Assembly (NCBI GenBank): GCA_000934665.2
Contig: JYFJ02002225.1
Location: 1 to 60,807, forward strand
Length of the DNA stretch: 60,807 nucleotides
Reading direction: 5' to 3'
From: Catajapyx aquilonaris
Lineage: Eukaryota
Positions 54,401-60,807 of the stretch are shown piece after piece. The position numbers were made by a program, and so were the translations under genes. Every line of letters begins with the position of its first letter. Position 1 is the first letter of the stretch. The notes beneath the pieces were generated by a model. The model did no database searches, was not told where the DNA came from, and was given only the letters and a program-made list of their open reading frames with translations.

Positions 54401-55544
54401 TATGCTGTCTTGAAATGAGAAGGAACAGCATGCTAATCATCATTACGCCTGATAAATCTTGTAGTGATACTACAACTTCCAAGATGTGGGTATCTACTGC
54501 TTGTTTGTATGCGAATGGTTAGCGTCGCCCACGGTGTCGCCTCTGCTAATTGTAAGGGCCCACGTTCGAGTCAAGACTGCAGGAGCGATTTTTTTATTAT
54601 TATTTTTCATTAAATAATCCTGGGGGGGGGGGGANGTAGTGCTTTCAATAAGGTTCATCGCACGGACCTTTGTTGCCATCAGTTCAGGCCAAGATGTTGG
54701 TGGCGCATCCTCTTCATCTTCCGGATCAAGAAGGTCAAAGAAGATGAGAGGGACACTGAAGAGAGGGGTGGGGAAGAAAAATTAAACTGTTTTTATTTCT
54801 TACATGAAGCATTGGATGAAAAAATAAATAATGCTATCTCTCGCATGTATAGATGTACTTATTGTAAAGAAAGAGCGCCATCACTGAAAGACCTGAAATC
54901 ACTGAAAGTAGGCTAATTACTCAATTGCGAAAAATTTTGATATGTAGCCCTATTACTCTGCATAAAACTCCATGACAGCAAAGTGTGAAAAACCAATATA
55001 TAAAAAGAAAACACCAAGCGGAGCCTTGTAAAACATATTTTCGACTTGTGACCGCCCCACAGTGATCTAGATTAGGAAAATCCTGGCCAAAATGTTATTT
55101 ATCATCGTGGGAAAATGAAAATAAGTTTTTAGGGGGTTTCCTAGTCGCTGAACACGAATTTGAAGTCAGAATTGTCAAATTGCCAGGTGTGCAAGTACAG
55201 GGTTGGACAAAATAATAGGCCCCCCTTGCGAAAAGGGGTTGAAACTTCGGGCCTGTTTTATTCGAAAACTGGAAAGGTTTGAAAGGTGACTTTTACTGAG
55301 TTTTGAAGCTCTGTCGATGTACATTTGTCGAGGCATGCAAATGACGCTAAAATCGCGAGCGGGGGAGAGAAACAAAAGACGAACGACATAGTGATCTGGA
55401 TTCGGAGAAACATTGTCAAAGGTATATTTTATCAACTTTTAAGTCACGGAAATCATTTTAAGGGTTTTCGGGGTCGCTAAAAATGAATATGATATTAAAA
55501 CTGCCGAATTCAAGATGGATGATCCAATATGGCGATATACAGGA

Positions 55545-55547
<3 letters not shown>

Positions 55548-55575
<28 letters not shown>

Positions 55576-56096
55576 TTTACCCCGTGTTCGAGCCTTTGGC
55601 TCGTTTTGGGGGACAAAACCACATATGTATTACATACACTGATACAGATTAGGTATATGTGTGCATTAATGCTCATTTGTATTTACAATTTTGATCACGT
55701 TTTGAAAAAAGGAGAACAATTTATGAACATCTGGTTTTTGACTATTGGTGAAGAGCATCAAGATCTGGTCAGGTGGAAATTTAGGTATATCAAACAGGTG
55801 TTTCCGTCTTGGAGGTATGAACAAGGGGCACTCGTAGATTATGTGAAAAATTGAACAGTTTACCTGCCAATTGCACCATACACACTGTTCCTCTGATTCT
55901 ATTTTAAATTGCTCGTTTTGTTTTAATTTTATATAGCAGGAGTTATTTCGCAAATTCGCTAACAACCGAATGTGGGATATTGGCAGGTCTATGTTAAAAT
56001 AGCTTTCTCTCTGGAATTCGTCTTATACCTCTTTGTAGCTTGTATATCTACTGGTTTTTTGTAGTCTGTTTATTAAATCATTTTTAAGCGCCAGTT
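55548..56096 (-). mobile_element. 5'-truncated non-LTR retrotransposon (LINE) inserted in the Transib
   Basis: 14-bp TSD GATATACAGGATAT (55534-55547, 56097-56110); (TAAA)n tail; ORF 55666-55965 carries a C-terminal CCHC knuckle CVWC-x9-H-IIYEC. Confidence 0.85.
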
Positions 56097-56802
56097 GATA
56101 TACAGGATATAAACAAATGGATATGGTATGTCATAAAAAGATATTTTATGTCTGGTAATGATTTATATATTCCAATGTACTGGAAAATAGTTTAAATTTT
56201 ATAAGTGGTAATAAGTGATAAAAAGGAGACAGAAAATACACACATGCTCAAAATATGCGGTATTCAAATACGTCTCATCAAAATGCGTGTGATTCAAAAT
56301 ACTCACTTTTCAATAGAGAGATCTCTCGATATTGAAAAGTTTTGCATAAAAATTACATTTACATCTGTAAATGTCACTTTTTATGCAAATGGTTCCCTTA
56401 AGGTCAAAAGAAAATAGAAATCTTCATTTATTATCAGTCTTACCATTAGTTTGCATACTATGTAAAACCATCTTCAAATCCAAACACATTTACACGCATA
56501 CATACTCTTACTCATTTACATAAGTATTTACAAAAATACATTAAACCTTTCTATTTAACTTACTTTGCAAGTAAGTTACATTTGTAATTTACCATTAATT
56601 GACATAATTGGCAAAAGCACTACAGTATTCACATCCAATGATATGTACACCTACGCACACACTTGCCCACATGTTGTATTTACATGACTCGCACAATAGA
56701 TAAATGTACATTGCACGATATCGAAAAATTCACACATCACCATTACAGATTTACAGAGGGAGAAATTATGCTTCAGCTGCCATAATTATAACCACGTCTT
56801 TC

Positions 56803-59206
56803 CTACAGTCCTTCCTCTTCGCTCTCATCGCTTTCATCACTTCCCTCTTCATCTTCATCACTCCCCTCTTCATCTTCATCACTTCCATCTTCATCGTCAT
56901 CGCCAAATGAGAGCAGATTTTTTACATCCTCAGGCAATTTTTTCCTTTTTTGGGGGTTGAAGCCTCGGAGAGTGGTAACTGCTGGGTCTGAATTGAGAAG
57001 CAACCGATTCAGGAGGTCCAGGTTCGTGACGCTTCTGGACATCTTTCTTGCATGATGCTCCCGGTATTTTCTTGTCACTTTGTTCGTTGCTTCTAGAGCT
57101 TCTTCGATAACTGACCTGGAATATTAAATTACATGCATCTACAGTACATTCATTTTAGGACAATATAATATATTATTGGCCTATGTTGACATTAGGCTCA
57201 AACTCACCAATGGGAAGCATAGCTCCTTTGATGACAGCCGCACCATGAATTAGTATCTTATGCACCGTAGGGGGCATATAGTACCAATTGTACAATGTCA
57301 CGTACAGTTCTGTTTCTGCACAGTACTTCGCAAATGCTTCGATCTTAATTATCCGTCCACTTGCCAGGACTGTGGTGATACAAGCAAACCTTCGAATGAT
57401 CTTTTCGTCAAGTCCTATGATGCAGGGTGACATTCAGGTCAGTTGTAAGTGACGGTAATTGACAAAATCTGCCAATATCGAGAAAATCTTACCGGTAATC
57501 TCAGCCGAAACAGATGGATTTTCAAAGAATCGCCTAGCCGTGTTACCATCCTTAGATGTCCCGGCTCCAGGCTTTGGGACATCTACAATAAGTCCCAAAC
57601 GTGAACGGAATGCCTCTTGCACTTTCTTCTTTTTGGCTGCCAATAACTCGCTGCTTCCATCTTTGGCACTTTGCTATAATAGTGATGTGCAACATTTTAA
57701 AATTTAAACCGGTTAGAGTGTTTAGAGCAATCATTATAATGGGACACACTATTTACCCTCCACTTCTTAAAGTCCATCCTGTAGGATACGTGCAAGAGGC
57801 ACTCAAAGAATCTGATACGAGCATGGAGAGGAGAGAGGCCAAATCCGAAGTTTTCCTTCTTCTCTGGCAATTTCCTCATCCTCTCCAAGTCGTTCATTTG
57901 AGACAACTTCGCGTCACAAATGAAGCATTTCATTGATGTCGTGTTTGTCAACTCATTGCAAACCTGTCAAGAATGTAATAATAATAATCAAATTATGGCT
58001 CTGGATATAACTATCAACATAACTTGCGTGTATGGACGAATACTAATAATACTGACCTTTCCGTCCACCATTGTCATCATGAGGGAAAAATTGACGATGA
58101 TATCGGGTTCCACTTGAAGGGGCTGCAGGTTGGCTATTTGGTTCTCGATGTACTCCTCTTCTTTTATGGTTTCCTTTGATTCTTGTATCCATTGCAAGTG
58201 GATGGGCCGCGGCAGAATGAAGTCGAGGACGGGCGAGGGTTTTCCCAATAGTGTTGTCCGGTGTTGTCATCGGTGAGACGGAGAGGAACCATGGCAGTAG
58301 TAAACAAACTTTCATCTGAAGAAGCGGTACTTCCTTTTTTCCATTTCTGCTTATATCGGGAGTGACCCGAGCTGCCATCAAACCCCCACTTACAATACAG
58401 AGTGATGCAGCAAATCTTGCAACCGGACTTCACAGCTACCGTCAGAGTATGATATTCCAGTGGGGTAGCTGGCTTGTTTTTCATGCATAATCTTTTCGTA
58501 TGAGGGTAAAATATCATGGCCATGATTTTTTACAATCTTACGGATGTTTTTGTACACCTTTTGTGATAGGTCGTTTGACATAATCATGGCTACTGCTTCT
58601 TTTGACGTAAGAGGAGCAGCCTGTGTTCTTTCACCGCGGATATAATCTCGCCAACATGATAGTATCCTATTTCCTCTCTTTGGAGTTGTAGTTGTTACTT
58701 CCTTAAGTAATTTGGCAGAGGAGTCATCACCTTCAGCCCGAAGTGCCATAGAGGTGGCATAGGAGAGCTCAGCTGTTGACACATGGGATCTGAGTGATTC
58801 AGTTTTCCTCCTCTTGCTTCTGTCGCTGGCATCCTGAAACAGAGTCCGAGGCCTTCCTACTGAACTGCTTGATGATGCACCTCGTACACCTAAAACTGCG
58901 ATCGGTACCCGTACTTGCACAGATCCCTTGAGCCACTGGGCGTTCTTATTCAAGAAACGTGAATGGTGTCGATTGCAGTTTTTCCATCTTTGCAGATATG
59001 GAAGCAAAAAATTCAACCGAATATTCTCGACGAGAGAGGGTTTCGTGGCGTCTTGTTGCTCTTCACTAAGGGCAAATTCCCTTGCAAATTCCTCTAATAT
59101 GTAATTGCAGACATGATCCTCCTTCTCTTGTGCCGATCCAGAATGTTCCACATACTTATCATGGAGAAGACTCCTGCTAAAAACTTTTTGTAGCTCTAGG
59201 ATCCAT
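56803..59206 (-). pseudogene. Transib transposase (RAG1 core homolog), frameshifted, four introns
   Basis: GRPRTLFQDASDRSKRRK, KWGFDGSSG (D1), WENPRPSSTSFCR, MTMVDGK (D2), CFIC, FGLSPLHARIRFFECLLH, GLIVDVPKPGAGTSKDGNTARRFF, WYYMPPTVHKILIHG, LPIGQLSEEALEA (E, broken by a 1-nt deletion), LLLNSDP. At least 3 frameshifts. Confidence 0.9.
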
Positions 59207-59682
59207 AGCCTACAAAATTTATAACATAATAAATAATCGCCTTCTACAGTATATAATCAGTTCTCTTACCTCGATTTTATGCCTGCAAAGTCAATGCGAC
59301 ACAACAACGTGGGTGCATGAGTCCAGGACAAATCGCCCAAAAGAGGTAACTCGATATTTTTGGGTACAACTAACCACTATCATTCCTGGTCAAATCCTAA
59401 AAGTGTAGTACGAAAGTAGCATATGTTGCTTCCCAAGTGAATAAGTCACTCACAACTACAACAGTGTGAAAAATGCAGTCGCAGTGAAAAAAACGGTTCA
59501 TACACAGGTACAACTCCGCTCATAATAATCTCGGCAACTATTCGCACTACGGTGATGATCAAGGTGCTGTTGCATATGCTTCATGAACTGCATTCTACAC
59601 AATGCACTTTTCCAACTGGCTCACTTGCATTGTAGAAAACTCACCCACAGTTTGTAGTACTCGTATTATATACAGTATATTT

Positions 59683-59760
59683 CAGTGGCGTCGCTAGGCA
59701 GGTGCGGGGGGTGCGGACCGCACCGGGTGCCACCCTCAAAGGGGGTGACACCCAAGTGAT
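59683..59760. mobile_element. Terminus of an hAT-like non-autonomous element
   Basis: CAGTGGCGTCGCTAGG start, similar to the element at 7257, followed by GC-rich GGGTGC/GCACCC palindromic motifs; other end not seen. Confidence 0.5.
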
Positions 59761-59852
59761 GTGTGAAATTTTTTGGAACCCTTGAGAGAATGTATGCTTT
59801 CTTTGCGGCTTCCACGCATCGATGGAAACTACGGAAATAATTTCAAGGTGTA

Positions 59853-60477
59853 CGAGGTGTGATCAAAAAGTTCCCGGACTGTCGATATACCGTGAAATCC
59901 AGTGGAGGTACGAACTTGTGACGTTAGGGGACGCTAGGTACACCTTTCATCTATTAGTCTGAAAAATCTCGTCTTCATAGGTGCGCATGTTTCCGAGTTT
60001 CGGCAGTGTTCTTGTGCTTCTGCGATTTTTCGAAATCGCTTATGTTAGGGAGCAAAAGATTTGTACATTTTGCTTCCAGCTCAACAACACTTCGGATGCA
60101 ACCAACCGAATGCTGAACAAGGCTTTTGATGAGCAAGTTGTAAGACAAGCAATAACATATATGAGTGGGTTAACAGCTTCGAAGGTGGCGCGTCAAGTTT
60201 GCAGCAAAATCAACTCAATGCTGATCATTTTATTTGACATTTTAGGGATTGTGCATATGGAGTTTCTCCCTCCTGGTAAAACTGTCAACGGCAAGTATTA
60301 GGGCCTACTGGGATGGTTTGAGACGATTTAGGCTCAAATGGCCGGAGATGTGGAAGAACATAATTATAGACTGGTTGCTGCACCATGACAATGCCGCCTG
60401 CACACACCTCACGCGTAGTCAGGGACTTCCTGATAAAAAAATAACATGACCACTGTTCCCCACCCTGCATATTCGCT
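59853..60477 (+). mobile_element. Internally deleted mariner transposon remnant
   Basis: TA + TIR CGAGGTGTGATCAAAAAGTTCCCGGACT; fragments EQKICTFCFQL...MLNKAF (HTH), MLIILFDILGIVHMEFLPPGKTVNGKY, WLLHHDNA and PHPAYS in shifting frames; the central WVP/first-Asp region is absent. Confidence 0.85.
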
Positions 60478-60642
60478 TGTCCTGGCCAAGGGGGTACTCA
60501 CTTCGGTACTCCGGTGTACACCTGCAGTGGTACTCTTTGGTATTCCCTGGTACTCCCTGGTGCTCCCAGACAATAAACAAATATGCCTCTAACTTCGGGA
60601 TCTTTTCCCTCTCGTGTCGTGCTCCCAATCCCAAGGGGCTAA

Positions 60643-60714
60643 AAATGGTGCCGGGGATCGAACCCGGGACCTTTCACATGCAAAGCGAACGCTCTACCAC
60701 TGAGATACACCGCC
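60643..60714 (-). tRNA. tRNA-Ala(TGC)-like sequence, probably a pseudogene or SINE head
   Basis: GGCGGTG TA TCTC AGTGGTA GAGC G TTCGC TT TGC AT GTGAA AGGTC CCGGG TTCGATC CCCGG CACC ATTTTT. Anticodon and T arms pair, but the outer acceptor stem is broken (C3-A70 instead of G3:U70) and the first D-stem pair is mismatched. Confidence 0.6.
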
Positions 60715-60807
60715 GGAATCATGACGTCACGATAGGGGGCGAGCTCCTCCGTAAGCGGACTATGGCGGGAGCACATTTTTGTACACGTTTTCTCCATTAT
60801 TTTCATG

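Larger units (their letters stand above)
55058..59330 (-). mobile_element. Transib DNA transposon (decayed; only one terminus seen)
   Basis: Terminus CACAGTG at 55058 preceded by GC-rich CGCCC; two copies of a subterminal GGGTTT..GTCGCT..GAAT motif (about 55127-55180 and 55455-55533); Transib transposase remnant at 56803-59206. The other boundary is uncertain. Confidence 0.75.

Noticed and set aside
55058..59330. ProtoRAG-like RAG1/RAG2 two-gene transposon
   Set aside because: No kelch/PHD RAG2-like ORF is visible; the space beside the transposase is taken by a LINE fragment and AT-rich DNA.

Overview
Gene-dense eukaryotic DNA from an animal, almost certainly an arthropod: spliceosomal introns are often only 60-100 nt, and the proteins resemble insect ones. 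Five multi-exon genes can be reconstructed by hand: l(3)mbt-like (+, 1523-9615), a CAP/CRISP secreted protein (+, 15002-16411), a PH-less PHLPP-like LRR-PP2C gene (-, 18478 to about 27735), lysyl-tRNA synthetase with cytosolic and mitochondrial first exons (+, 27955-32918) and Phactr (+, 34663-49777). Introns and intergenic DNA hold many short inverted-repeat DNA transposon derivatives (hAT, Tc1/mariner, pogo, Harbinger and TTAA types) and retroposons. The last 6 kb is a nest of elements: a decayed intron-containing Transib (RAG1-related) transposon whose terminus is a perfect RSS heptamer, a 5'-truncated LINE, an internally deleted mariner and a tRNA-Ala-like sequence. I found no clear evidence of an entirely new biological system. 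The best leads are: a 3' stem-loop tail apparently shared by a LINE and two short retroposons; the Transib element; an alternative-donor/uORF switch for dual-targeted LysRS; a single in-frame TAG in the PHLPP N-terminal frame; and a Phactr microexon that adds an RVxF motif. All exon structures are manual inferences from splice signals and reading phase, and no database searches were run.
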